Part shown: positions 10,403 to 21,925 of the stretch, one piece after another
Layout of the letters: the number at the start of each line of letters is the position of its first letter
Position numbering within the stretch: the first letter of the stretch is position 1
Source: Desulfatiglandales bacterium
Lineage (GTDB): Bacteria; Desulfobacterota; DSM-4660; Desulfatiglandales; HGW-15
DNA length: 64,000 bases
NCBI GenBank assembly: GCA_963667015.2
Contig: CAXXJJ010000004.1
Location: 1,824,001 to 1,888,000, forward strand
Direction: 5' to 3'
Translations under genes and position numbers: made by a program
Notes under the pieces: generated by a model
Database searches by the model: none
What the model saw: only the letters and a program-made list of their open reading frames with translations
What the model was told of the DNA's origin: nothing

Positions 10403-12190
10403 ATGAAACGCCAATCTATTTTCTTCATATTAACAATTTTACTGTCATTCATAATAGCATCTCCTCAATTTGCTGCGGCAGCAGAGAAGATCGTTGTAAT
10501 GAATCCACGGGGTATCCAGCCTGAGATACGCAAGATTCCCATGGCAACACGGCCAAAGACCCTTGATAAAAAGACCGTTTATATTGTGGATACCAAATAC
10601 CCCAATACCAAACCCTTTGTTAATGAGCTTTTTGCGGCCTTAAAGGCCAAATACCCTAAAACCAACTGGATTCTTAAGGAAAAGTTCGGCGGATACATGG
10701 ATGACGACCCTGAACTCTGGAAAGAGATCAAGGAAAAGGCCGATGGTGCTATTGTCCTGGTAGGTCATTGAAGCAGCTGCTCACCGGCGGTCGTCGGACA
10801 CGCAGTAACACTTGAAAGAATGGGTGTACCCGCAATACCCATGATTACCCAGCGCTTTGAAGAACTGGTAACCACCACTGCCTTCAAAAAGGGCATACCC
10901 AATCTTAGGATAGTGTATACCCCCCATCCCATTACGGACAGACCTGCAGAGCTTTGCAGGGAATATATCGCAGGAAATGACAACATAGCAGGCAAACCCA
11001 TGCTTGAGCATATATATGCAGGCCTGACCAAACCCCTCTCTGCAGTAGACGCCAAGGCGGGATTTCTTGAGAGGGAACCCAGACCAAGATATTTTCCTGC
11101 TGATACCCCTGAAAACCTGATGGAGTTTTTCCATAACCAGGGTTATACAGACGGAAATCCCATAATCCTTCCGACCGAAGAAAAGGTTAAAGAGATGCTG
11201 AGTGCAACAAGCCATGATCCTGAGGAATGGGTCGGGCAGATGCGTCCCTCTCCTCCCCACGAGGCATGGTATTATAATGTTGAAATGGTTGCTATTAATG
11301 CCGTAATGGCAGGAGCAAAACCCGAGTATTTTCCTGTTATCCTTGCCATTGCCTCAAAGGGTGTAACCTCCATGTTCAGTTCCACATCATCCTTTGCCAG
11401 GATGGTTGTAGTAAACGGCCCCATTGCGGACGAGATCGGCATGAACAAGGGCATAGGCGCCATGGGTCCTGTCAACCGGGCCAACTCTTCAATTGGCAGA
11501 TGCTGGACCCTTATCTCCAGAAACCTTGGCGGATCCGGCAAGCCGGGAGAGACCTATCTTGGCAGCCAGGGAAATCAGCTTAACTACAATAACATCTGCT
11601 TTCCGGAAAACGAGGAAGGACTGCCCGAAGGATGGCTGCCCCTGCATGTACAGAAGGGATTTGATAAATCCGAGAGTGTTGTAAGCATCTTCAGCGGCTG
11701 GAGCATGAATGACATAGCCTGGTATTCTCCCCTTCCCCAGCATGAGGTGATAAGGGGATGGCTTGAACATTTCTTCTCCTTTGGCGTTACCCAGGCCATA
11801 CTTGTTCTTGACCCCATAGTTGCCGATGATGTGGCTTCAAAAGGGTACAATACCAAACAGGTCTTTGCAAAGTACCTTGCCGAAAATACGGGAACACCTG
11901 GCTGGCTCTACTGGTCGGAGAATAGAGAAAATCTCAAAAAGGCAAAAGAGGGAGTGGAACCTTTTGCCGGATGGCTTAAAAGAGGAGAGGATGCAGTTGT
12001 GCCAGTTTCACGCTATAAGCCACGCTATACGGGAAGAAGGGCGAGTGGTTCGGGCCTCCTTGCGAAGACCGATAATAGTGAAAGAATAAATTCCATTAAT
12101 ATTGTAGTCACAGGCGGCGGAACAAATACATTCTGGTCGGGCGGTGATTTCGGTTATGTGGGCAGTACATCCGTGGACTTCTGGAGATAG
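10403..12190 (+). CDS. UGSC-family selenoprotein (595 aa; Sec at TGA 10769-10771; H-U-S-S-C), signal peptide
   Basis: ORFs 10403-10771 and 10820-12190 share a frame, separated only by TGA; continuation AGC AGC TGC gives UxxC; hairpin follows; colinear with uninterrupted paralog 33077-34918. Confidence 0.88.
10776..10806 (+). promoter_or_regulatory. Candidate bacterial SECIS element
   Basis: Stems GCTGC/GCAGT and CCGGC/GTCGG; apical loop GGTC starts with G, 17 nt after the UGA. Confidence 0.7.
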
Positions 12191-12199
12191 GAGGGTAAA

Positions 12200-12775
12200 A
12201 TGATAAAAAGAATATCCATAATAATTTCCATCTGTATAGTTCTGTGCCTGATACTTTCTCCGGGAAGCGTGCTTGCGCAGTATAATTCATCCAAAAATCC
12301 TGCAGCTGTGGGTACACCGGTAAAATCAATGGTCGAGCTCGGCTCTGTATACTCGAGCATATACGATATTACCATCACGGTTCTGGAAACGGTCAGGGGC
12401 AAGGATGCAATGAATATGCTTAAAAAAGCCGATTCCAAAACCCCTAAACCTCCAAAGGGATTTGAATATATGCTTGCCAGGGTAAGGTTTGAGATGAAGT
12501 CAAGGGCAGTATCCGATAAACTTACCTTTGAGCTGGGTGACTCACCCCTTCAATGGGTTGCACTTGCATCGGACCTGACCGAATATCCCAGGGTCTCGGT
12601 AACTGTTCCCGCACCTGCGCTTAAAGGAACGATAAAACCCGGTGATTCGTTTGAAGGATGGGTGGCATTTGCTCTTGATAAAAAGGACAGCGGGCCGGTC
12701 ATGGCATTTAGTCCTGACTCCGGAGGGGCTACCGGCAGGGGAAAAACCCTGTTCTTTAAACTGTATAAAGATTAA
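12200..12775 (+). CDS. Secreted hypothetical protein, DUF4352-like Ig fold
   Basis: Signal peptide; PPKGFEY, LKGTIKPGDSFEGWVAF; 9 nt after the first selenoprotein gene. Confidence 0.65.
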   Translation: MIKRISIIISICIVLCLILSPGSVLAQYNSSKNPAAVGTPVKSMVELGSVYSSIYDITITVLETVRGKDAMNMLKKADSKTPKPPKGFEYMLARVRFEMKSRAVSDKLTFELGDSPLQWVALASDLTEYPRVSVTVPAPALKGTIKPGDSFEGWVAFALDKKDSGPVMAFSPDSGGATGRGKTLFFKLYKD

Positions 12776-12875
12776 TTTATTACAGGGGCATTCCTGCAGG
12801 GTTATGTAGAGCTCTTTCACATCCTGCGCAATGCCCCTTTTAAGTAAACCATTTTGAAAGGAGAATTAATTTACC

Positions 12876-14588
12876 ATGAAAAAATATTTATTGGCGCTTT
12901 CCATCGGGATTCTCGCAGTCTTAGCAGTCCAGGGGACATCATGGGCTCAGGGGGCTGCCGGTTCCAAGGCAAAGACGCCCGACGTAAAATTTGAAGTTTT
13001 AAGTCCCTGGGCGGATGCTGATCCGATCCCCTTCAGGGGAATTTCCCCGAGGCTTGACAGTCTCTCCGGGAAAAAAATCGGATTATTCGTCAATTCCAAG
13101 CGGGCGGCCATGCCCATTTCCAAAGCAGTTGACAGCAAACTGAAGGGAATGTACCCCGATATTCAGACTATCGTGTTCCATTCTACTGAACCGAATGTCA
13201 ACGAAATCGAGACAAAGAACAAGGAAAAATTTACCGAATGGGTTAAGGGGGTCGACGCTGTTATTGCCCTCGTAGGAGACTGAGGATCCTGCACAAAGTA
13301 CCTCGTATACAACGGCATAGCCGTCGAGGACTTTGGCAAGCCGGTCGTGTTACTGGCTAATAATGGTTTTATTCATGATGCTCATTCAGCAGCATCAAGC
13401 AAAGGAATGCCCGGAATCAGAGTTGTAGGTGAATCCGTGGCCTGTGAATCAACTATTGTTGCGGATATAGAAAAGGGAGTAGCCGCAGCAATGAAGGATG
13501 TTATTGATGGTTTAACCAAACCGCTGACACCGGAAGAACAATCTCCCAAACAGCCGACAGGCAAGTCTCCAAGGGTTGCCTTTAAAGGAACTCTTCAGGA
13601 AGTCAACCAGTTCTATTACCGCAAGGGATGGGGTGACGGACTTCCTATTATTCCGCCGACCGAAGAGGCAGTTGCGGAAATGATGAAAGGTACTGACCTG
13701 CCGCCCGACCATATTGTGGCCAAGATAATCCCCAGAAAAGGCAAGGCTACAATCGAAAAGATCGCTGTTAACGCGGTGATGGCAGGGGCTCTGCCAACTC
13801 ACATGCCTGTTTTGATTGCAACCATAGAGGCCTTTGCAGATCCCAAGGCCAGATTTGATACATTTGAGGTGAGTACTGGTTCATGGGCACCCTCACTGAC
13901 AATAAATGGTCCCATAAGAAGAGATATCCATGTCAACTGCAGCTCCGGCTCGCTGAGCCCGGGAAATATTGCCAATTCTGCAATCGGCCGGGCTGTGGGG
14001 CTTATCGTCAAGAACATCGGCGGAGCAAGAAAGGCAGTCGAGGATATGGGTGTCGTAGGCAACCCGGGCAAGTACAGTCTTGTGATAGGTGAGGATGAAG
14101 AGGCAAGCCCCTGGGAGCCGCTCAGTGTTGAGCGCGGTTTCTCAAAGGAAGACAGCACTGTAACAGTGTTCTTCCCAAACACCTTTATTCAATCGGTGCC
14201 CGGAGGTACAGATGCAAAGGGGATTATGGACAGCCTTGTAACCATGGGAACCACAAGTATGTCCAGCGTCATTCTTATTCCTTCCTGGGCAAATGTTATT
14301 GCAGGAGAAGGATACTCAAAACAGGACGTCAAGGATTATATTGCGGAGCACAGTAAACCCGCTGTAATCGCCGGTTTTGAAGAAATCACAAATTCCCCTA
14401 AAATGGATACCGAGAATCTCATGATCCTTGTAGCAGGCGGGCCGGGCTCCTTTATAGGGCTGCTCCGGAGTGTGGGTCCAGGATTTTTCAATAATGCACT
14501 TGTAACCAAAAAGATCGTACTGCCCAAAAACTGGGATAAACTGGTTGCAAAATACAGTAACCTTAAACCGATTTATGAGAGGTACTAG
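12876..14588 (+). CDS. UGSC-family selenoprotein (570 aa; Sec at TGA 13281-13283; D-U-G-S-C), signal peptide
   Basis: GGA GAC TGA GGA TCC TGC in frame joins ORFs 12876-13283 and 13347-14588; literal UGSC motif; shared DGLPIIPPT, NAVMAGA, ANSAIGR blocks. Confidence 0.92.
13291..13337 (+). promoter_or_regulatory. Candidate SECIS hairpin
   Basis: CAAAGT/ACTTTG, CCTCG/CGAGG and ACGGC/GCCGT stems; apex 33 nt after the UGA; loop ATA lacks the usual G. Confidence 0.55.
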
Positions 14589-14592
14589 GAAT

Positions 14593-14636
14593 AAAACCCA
14601 TGAATTTCTGAAAGATTTATGAAATTCATGGGTTTT
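14593..14636. terminator. Intrinsic terminator-like inverted repeat
   Basis: Perfect 16-bp IR AAAACCCATGAATTTC / GAAATTCATGGGTTTT just after the stop at 14588. Confidence 0.65.
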
Positions 14637-14748
14637 CCGCTGTGAAAAAGAAGGACGATTTTTTATAATCCAATTAATATCGGGGTCGTGAAGGATCGTC
14701 CTTCTTCATATCACAAGAGGTAAACAGCAACATAAGAGGAGAGATTCA

Positions 14749-15393
14749 ATGAGTTCTGACAAGGGGAAAAAGGATCAGACCCGCAGGGCGTTTTTCAGCG
14801 ATTTGACAGCCTCAACGGCTCTGGCAGCAGTTGCTCTGGCACAACTGGGTTCACCTGCGGCTGCAATTGCACAGGACAAGCCCTCGGATAATTTTAGAGA
14901 ACCTCCCAATCTGCCGCCCTGGCCCGAGGGAACCACAGGCAGCAAATACGATCATTTATTCTGCACCAGACTGAAAGAGAAACCCCTTACCGACACAATA
15001 ATGAGTCCGACGATCAGTTTCCGCGGCAACAGTGACCTTCCCGGTGCAGGGATTAATTTTGGGTTCCGTTATTATGTCAAACCATTCAAGATGGAACTGC
15101 AGTCACACCACCACGATGTAGATGAATATCTGTTTTTCCTGGGCGGTCAGTTACCGGACCTGACAGCCAATTTTGATGCGGAAATTGAAATTTTTTTAGG
15201 TCCGGAGTATGAAAAACACATTATTACAAAGCCCTGCATCCTCTATATCCCAAAAGGTATGGAGCACAATCCCATGGATATAACAAGGGTGGGCAAACCG
15301 TTACTTTTCATTCCATTGCTTCTGGCACCCTATTTCAACGGCGTCTACCAGACAGGTTACATGCAGTTTATGGGTAATAAAAAGATAGATTAG
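14749..15393 (+). CDS. Tat-exported cupin-like protein
   Basis: TRRAFF twin-arginine signal; HHHDVDEYLFF and YIPKGMEHNP cupin motifs. Confidence 0.72.
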   Translation: MSSDKGKKDQTRRAFFSDLTASTALAAVALAQLGSPAAAIAQDKPSDNFREPPNLPPWPEGTTGSKYDHLFCTRLKEKPLTDTIMSPTISFRGNSDLPGAGINFGFRYYVKPFKMELQSHHHDVDEYLFFLGGQLPDLTANFDAEIEIFLGPEYEKHIITKPCILYIPKGMEHNPMDITRVGKPLLFIPLLLAPYFNGVYQTGYMQFMGNKKID

Positions 15394-15498
15394 AGATTCG
15401 GTAGCGGCTTACTGCATAAATAATAGATCAGGAACTAAATACTCTGCCCCGGGCGGAGGTAATTATAATAAATCAAGATTTAAGGAGAGGTTGTAAAA

Positions 15499-17901
15499 AT
15501 GGAAGATTTAACAGCCAGGATTGTCAGAGGAAATTTCCCCCTGTGCTTTGAAAAAGCGCGTCTGATTACAGAATCGCACAAACAGACGGAAGGCGAACCT
15601 GCCATCATCCGGTATGCAAAGGCCCATGCAAATGTACTAGAAAATATTCCTGTAATTATTGATAAGGATGAACTCTTTGTCGGTGAAGGGGCAAGCAAAC
15701 CATGGGGGGCCGAAATTGACCCGTTCCTGGGCATATGGAAAGAAGACGCGATCAGGGGCGCGGTAGAAGACGGGATTGTCTCCGTGGATGAGTCTGACTG
15801 GCCGTTAATGAGAGAGATCGGCCAGTACTGGGCTACAAGGTGTTCCGAGTTCGCTCAGTCGAAGCTGTTCGATGAAAGATTCTTTGACTATCTGCAGGTC
15901 GGAATTACACTGCCGCCCATGAAAAACAGGGATGAATTCAGGGGTGCCTACGCAGGCAGCGGCCTCTGCCTCTCCTTTAATTTTACGGACTGCTATACAG
16001 ACTTTGCACGATGGATGAAGGGGCTCAATCCGATAATAGAGGAAATCGAGGAAGAGCTCAGGAATCTTAAGTTTTTATCCCTGGAAGCGGTTAACAAGAA
16101 ACAGTTCCTGACCGCTTCATTGATTGTGCTCAAGGCGACAGTCAGGTTTGCGGAAAGATACGCGGAAGAAGCAGAAAGACTGGCAGCCATGGAAACAGAT
16201 GGCAGGCAAAGGAAAAATCTTGAACTTATAGCAGAGGCCTGCCGCAGGGTTCCGGCCAATCCTCCGGAAAATTTTTATCAGGCCATGCAGTCCCTGTGGT
16301 TTAACCAGATTCTCTCAACACCCAGCTCCACGCATAATTTCGGAAGGTTTGATCAGTATATGTACCCCTTCTATAAAAAAGACCGTGATGAAGGAAAAAT
16401 CACCGATGAAGAGGTCCTGTCTCTCCTGTGCGAACTGCGTGTCAAGAGCATGAGGCCTGAAAACATAAAACTCTCGGCAGCCAAACGCTCACAACACTCA
16501 GGATTTGCAAAATGGCGAAACATGACCATCGGAGGAGTTACAGAAGATGGAAAAGACGCAAGCAATGAACTGACCATGCTGGTACTTGAGGCAGCAAACA
16601 GGGTAAGAACACCTCACCACACCATTACCCTCAGGGTACATGGGGGAACACCGGATGAGTTAATGCTCAAGGCCCTGGAAGTGGTAAAGACCGGCATCGG
16701 CATGCCGGCCCTGGCCCTGGACGATTCTTTTATAGATTACATGACCTCAGGCGGTATCCCCCTGGAAGAGGCCCGGGATTACCAGCTGGCCGGCTGTGTG
16801 GACCCGGCTATACCCGGAAAACAGAGTTTTCTGGCAGGCCTGTTTTTTGTTGTCCCCAAGGTGTTCGAGATTTTTCTGAACAACGGGACAGATCCAAGAA
16901 CAGGGATCAATGTGGGGCCTGATAAACCTGATGTTGAAACATATAGAACCTTCGAAGAATTTTATGCCGGGTTCAGGGATTATCTGAAATATTTTATCGG
17001 CATATGGCATGAACACAGTTTTCTTGTCTCCGGAAGATCAGGGGATGTATACAGCTATAATGATATTGTGGAAGTACTTGATACAGTGCTCATGCATGAC
17101 GGCATCAGGATGGGCAAGGCATTATCCAACAGAGACCCTGTGCCGCCCTATGATTTCAGGGCAGTAATGGTGCCGGTTGGAGCCATCAATACAGCGGACT
17201 CACTGGCAGCAATCAAGCAACTGGTGTTTGATAAAAAGCAGATTACCATGAAAGAACTTAAAGAGGCACTTAACTCCAACTGGGAAGGCCATGAAGATAT
17301 CCTTAGATTGTGCCTTAAATCGCCTAAATACGGAAATGACAACGACTATGTAGACTCAATAGCAGCAGACCTCTATAATTTTCTGCTGGATGAGGAATCT
17401 AATTACAATACCTTCGGCCGGCCTGTAAATGCAAAGGTGCGTGGTCTCGGCGGGGCATCCATTTCATCCATGTTTGCCGGCGGGTCGATTATCGGGGCAA
17501 CGCCTGACGGCAGGCATGCCGGAACAACCCTGTCTGACGGGACAGTCTCACCGGCCCAGGGCATGGATACAAAAGGGCCTACAGCAATGTTGAGAAGCGC
17601 CGTAAAAATAAACCAGGCAGCCTGCTCCTCATCACTGCTTAACGTAAAACTGCATCCTTCATTTATAACAACCGATGAGGCCCTTAAAAAACTCGGTATT
17701 CTCATAAAAACCTATGGTGATATGGGAGGTAAATGGATTCAGTTAAATGTCGTGGGAAACGAAGAACTTCTGGACGCGCAGCAACACCCGGAGAATCACA
17801 GGGATCTGATTGTCAGGGTTGCGGGCTACAGCGCCTATTTCACGGATCTTGGCAGAGGTGTACAGGATGATATCATCCGGCGTATGGAGGTTGCCATTTG
17901 A
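15499..17901 (+). CDS. Glycyl radical enzyme (800 aa)
   Basis: GRFDQYMYPFY, LAGCVDP Cys loop, PKYGND, RVAGYS glycyl motif. Confidence 0.93.
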   Translation: MEDLTARIVRGNFPLCFEKARLITESHKQTEGEPAIIRYAKAHANVLENIPVIIDKDELFVGEGASKPWGAEIDPFLGIWKEDAIRGAVEDGIVSVDESDWPLMREIGQYWATRCSEFAQSKLFDERFFDYLQVGITLPPMKNRDEFRGAYAGSGLCLSFNFTDCYTDFARWMKGLNPIIEEIEEELRNLKFLSLEAVNKKQFLTASLIVLKATVRFAERYAEEAERLAAMETDGRQRKNLELIAEACRRVPANPPENFYQAMQSLWFNQILSTPSSTHNFGRFDQYMYPFYKKDRDEGKITDEEVLSLLCELRVKSMRPENIKLSAAKRSQHSGFAKWRNMTIGGVTEDGKDASNELTMLVLEAANRVRTPHHTITLRVHGGTPDELMLKALEVVKTGIGMPALALDDSFIDYMTSGGIPLEEARDYQLAGCVDPAIPGKQSFLAGLFFVVPKVFEIFLNNGTDPRTGINVGPDKPDVETYRTFEEFYAGFRDYLKYFIGIWHEHSFLVSGRSGDVYSYNDIVEVLDTVLMHDGIRMGKALSNRDPVPPYDFRAVMVPVGAINTADSLAAIKQLVFDKKQITMKELKEALNSNWEGHEDILRLCLKSPKYGNDNDYVDSIAADLYNFLLDEESNYNTFGRPVNAKVRGLGGASISSMFAGGSIIGATPDGRHAGTTLSDGTVSPAQGMDTKGPTAMLRSAVKINQAACSSSLLNVKLHPSFITTDEALKKLGILIKTYGDMGGKWIQLNVVGNEELLDAQQHPENHRDLIVRVAGYSAYFTDLGRGVQDDIIRRMEVAI

Positions 17902-17957
17902 CAGGTTAAGCAGGTTTACCTGATTACACATAAACTAACTTTAATGTGAAAGGATAG

Positions 17958-19172
<1,215 letters not shown>

Positions 19173-19200
19173 TCTATAAAATAAATACAATACCTGTGTG

Positions 19201-19260
19201 AAGATGGGACGATCTTTAATAGCTCATTCTCAAAGAAATTATTAAAGACAGTCCCATTTT
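19201..19260. repeat. GGGACG...GTCCC long hairpin (relatives at 14650-14704, 27501-27557, 46561-46619)
   Basis: ATGGGACGATCTTTAATA / TATTAAAGACAGTCCCAT; similar stem ends at the other sites. Confidence 0.65.
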
Positions 19261-19311
19261 ATTGTAATCCTGTAAATCCTGTCTAAATTAAGTTAGTTGT
19301 CATGAATTGAT

Positions 19312-19944
19312 TTAAGAATATTCCATTATTATGTCTGCGGCTATGTGGGTAGCCATTTTCATTACATCCAGGCATTTTGTCCTGTTTTCTGGCTTTGATA
19401 ATATTTTCATATCTTCCGGATTTTTGCGGTCAATATATTTGCCGTATTGATGCTTCATGACTTCTTTACATCTTGTTGAGTCAAATTCCTTTGTGAACCT
19501 GTCAAAAAACAAGCTTCCATACTTCATGCCAGATCCGGGTTTATCAGGTTTTTTATTTTTTACATCAAAATTAAACCCTATTGCAAGCAGGGCACCTGTA
19601 ACAGCGCCGCAGGTTTCGCCTTTCCCTGTAATGCCTCCGGCAAACAACTGTATGGCATTTACAGTCTGGTCTGCATTTAATCCAAACAGATCATTCAATG
19701 CCGAAAGTGTAGGCTGAGAGCAGCTATGAAGAACCGGATATGATTTTTCCACCTTATCATCCAGTTCCTTATATATTTCTTCTTTTGATTTCCCATCAGA
19801 TGCGGCCAGTGTTTCGGTCAATATTCCCGGAACTGAAAGCAGTGAAAACCCGGCAGTAGTGTAAAGAATACTTTTAGTTAAGAATGATCTGCGGTCCATC
19901 TTCTCTTCATCAATAGGAAAAACAGCATTATTGGTTGAGTTCAT
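19312..19944 (-). CDS. C_GCAxxG_C_C-family redox protein with Tat signal
   Basis: DRRSFL twin-arginine; HSCSQ, ETCGAVTG, TRC, TKC cysteines. Confidence 0.85.
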   Translation of the reverse strand: MNSTNNAVFPIDEEKMDRRSFLTKSILYTTAGFSLLSVPGILTETLAASDGKSKEEIYKELDDKVEKSYPVLHSCSQPTLSALNDLFGLNADQTVNAIQLFAGGITGKGETCGAVTGALLAIGFNFDVKNKKPDKPGSGMKYGSLFFDRFTKEFDSTRCKEVMKHQYGKYIDRKNPEDMKILSKPENRTKCLDVMKMATHIAADIIMEYS

Positions 19945-20120
19945 TTTTCTCTCCTTTTTAAGGTCTCATTAATTAATAATTGTAAAATGTCTGTCTAATA
20001 AGCCGGTATGTGAAGTTTATAAAGAAAATATTTGTTTTATACCAATCTTTTTAAGATTTTCCATCTTTTTATGTCCTGATTGAAATATCTCCTGTCAGGT
20101 AAATCCGGTCGAAATATTTT

Positions 20121-20283
20121 GTGCTTATTACATGCATTTCTTTCTTTTCATGCAATGAAGGAACTGCTGTTGGTTCCGATCTCAGCGGTTATGCGGTGGA
20201 TGATCCTGTTGCAGGCGCCAGAGTTGTTGTATATGATTATTACAACAATGTTCTTGGTACCGGACTTACAGATGTGCAGATAA
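20121..20283 (+). pseudogene. 5' remnant of a lipoprotein gene truncated against an IS110 fragment
   Basis: Lipobox-like FFSC then SGYAVDDPVAGARVVVYD; runs into the reverse-strand IS110 sequence. Confidence 0.4.
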
Positions 20284-20287
20284 AAGG

Positions 20288-20680
20288 GGCAAGCCAAAAT
20301 GAATCCCATTTGTCATCTGTATGTTTTAGCCCATCATATTGTTGTATCGCGGTTGGGTTAGCCAGATGAATTTTATAACCCTCTTCCTGAAGAGCATCCA
20401 AAAGCCAGTACCAATTGTAGGTCGATTCAACTACTACTCCTTCCAAATCCTTTTTGAATGGTTCAAGCGCATTTAAGACATGATCTATTTGGTTGGGCAG
20501 CCTCTTCTGATACAACCGTTCATCCTTTTCGTTGATAATTCCTATATAGTTATTACTTGAATGCAAATCGATTCCTGCGTATACTTTCATTCTGGCACCT
20601 CCTAGATCCTTTATATTTATTGTTGAGCTTATGCGCCTGGTCCATAGTACCCTATATGTACTATGGATGGGGAGGTGCCT
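20288..20680 (-). mobile_element. IS110-family remnant: non-coding leader plus N-terminal ~100 aa of DEDD transposase
   Basis: MKVYAGIDLHS..VVVEST.NWYWL..LANP..KHTDDKWDSFWLA then breaks off; leader shared with 35057-35144. Confidence 0.88.
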
Positions 20681-20917
20681 GCTTTATCATGTTTAATTAA
20701 TCAGTTGTATTATTATGGAACCCTTTATATAATTATCAAACCTGCCTTTGACTAATGAGGCAATAAGAAAGAGGGGTATGGGGCTTGATAAGAGTTTAAA
20801 TAAAAAGATTGGATTGTTGATCGATAAAATCGCCAAAGATCAAAGGCAATTTTGATCCCTTTTCACGTCCCGTGTTATCATGGTTTGATTACATCTCTAT
20901 TTAGAGGAGAAAATCAC

Positions 20918-21847
20918 ATGAAAAAATATTTCATCAACTCCCTTGTTTTTATCTCCATCTCATTGTTCTGCTGTTTTACGATTTGTATTAGTGCCTCCGC
21001 ATCAGGCAGCAAAATGAATTCGGCGGATCTGATTGAGGTCATGGATCAGTATCTTGACCGGCTTGTAAAGAATGATCCATCCGGTCTTCCGGTTGCAAAA
21101 GATATAAAGATCACGGAAAACGGCTACCCGATTCAGCTGGGTAACGGCCTTTTTCAGACTGCGGAACAGATAACCTATAGACAGTACATGGCGGATCCGT
21201 CGGTTAACCAGGTTATGGTGTTTGGCGTGGTAAAGGAGTCCGTGCTCCTTGCCAACTTCATGGTTCGTCTAAAGGTTTTAAAAGGTAAAATCACTGAAAT
21301 TGAAACCATTGTGGCCAGAAAAGACGAGGCATCATTTGCCAGTCCGGAAGACCTGAAAGAACCCAGGCCAGTATATGCCAGGGTCGTGCCCGAATCAGAA
21401 AGATCTTCACGTGATAAGCTGATAAAAATCGCGAACAGTTATTTTGAAGGCATTGAAAAAAACACAGGAGAGATGGTACCCTTTCACAGGGACTGTAACC
21501 GCTTTGAAAACGGCACCCGGACTACCAATAACCCGGACACTATCGCGACCGGATGCAGGGAGCAGTTTGACGACAAGGTATACTCCTACATTACCAAAAT
21601 AAGAAACCGTCGTTTTTTACTGGCTGACGAGGAAAAGGGACTGGTATTTGGAATAGTGACATTTGATATGCCGGGAAAAAGAGAAAACTTTAAATATTTT
21701 CCAACTCCTTTTGATGAACTGCCGACCCGGTTTTATAAACCCCGGTCCCTGTTATTGGCCGAGATGTTTAAAATTGTCGACGGAAAAATACTCTCTATTG
21801 AGGCAGTAATGGTTAATGTACCCTTCGGGGCCACTTCGGGCTGGTAA
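20918..21847 (+). CDS. Secreted hypothetical protein (paralog family with 21926-22888 and 46695-47606)
   Basis: RBS GAGGAG before ATG 20918; signal peptide; DQYL..L..NDP, TENG, CNRFENG. Confidence 0.75.
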   Translation: MKKYFINSLVFISISLFCCFTICISASASGSKMNSADLIEVMDQYLDRLVKNDPSGLPVAKDIKITENGYPIQLGNGLFQTAEQITYRQYMADPSVNQVMVFGVVKESVLLANFMVRLKVLKGKITEIETIVARKDEASFASPEDLKEPRPVYARVVPESERSSRDKLIKIANSYFEGIEKNTGEMVPFHRDCNRFENGTRTTNNPDTIATGCREQFDDKVYSYITKIRNRRFLLADEEKGLVFGIVTFDMPGKRENFKYFPTPFDELPTRFYKPRSLLLAEMFKIVDGKILSIEAVMVNVPFGATSGW

Positions 21848-21925
21848 ATAATAAGGGTGGTAAATATTCGCTCATCTCAGCATATCCTGTTAGAAACAGT
21901 TATTATTAAAAATAAGGGAGAAATT

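Noticed and set aside
10403..14588. Four separate genes or nonsense-mutated pseudogenes, as the ORF track implies
   Set aside because: Both stops are TGA at the same aligned UxxC position with downstream hairpins, and a continuous paralog exists; two independent nonsense mutations are much less likely than Sec recoding
3..17901. Calling the GREs pyruvate formate-lyase (pflB) or benzylsuccinate synthase (bssA)
   Set aside because: No adjacent Cys-Cys pair as in PFL; no CM loop or small bss subunit genes seen
19312..19944. Selenocysteine in the C_GCAxxG_C_C protein
   Set aside because: The ORF is uninterrupted and the motif positions are Cys codons
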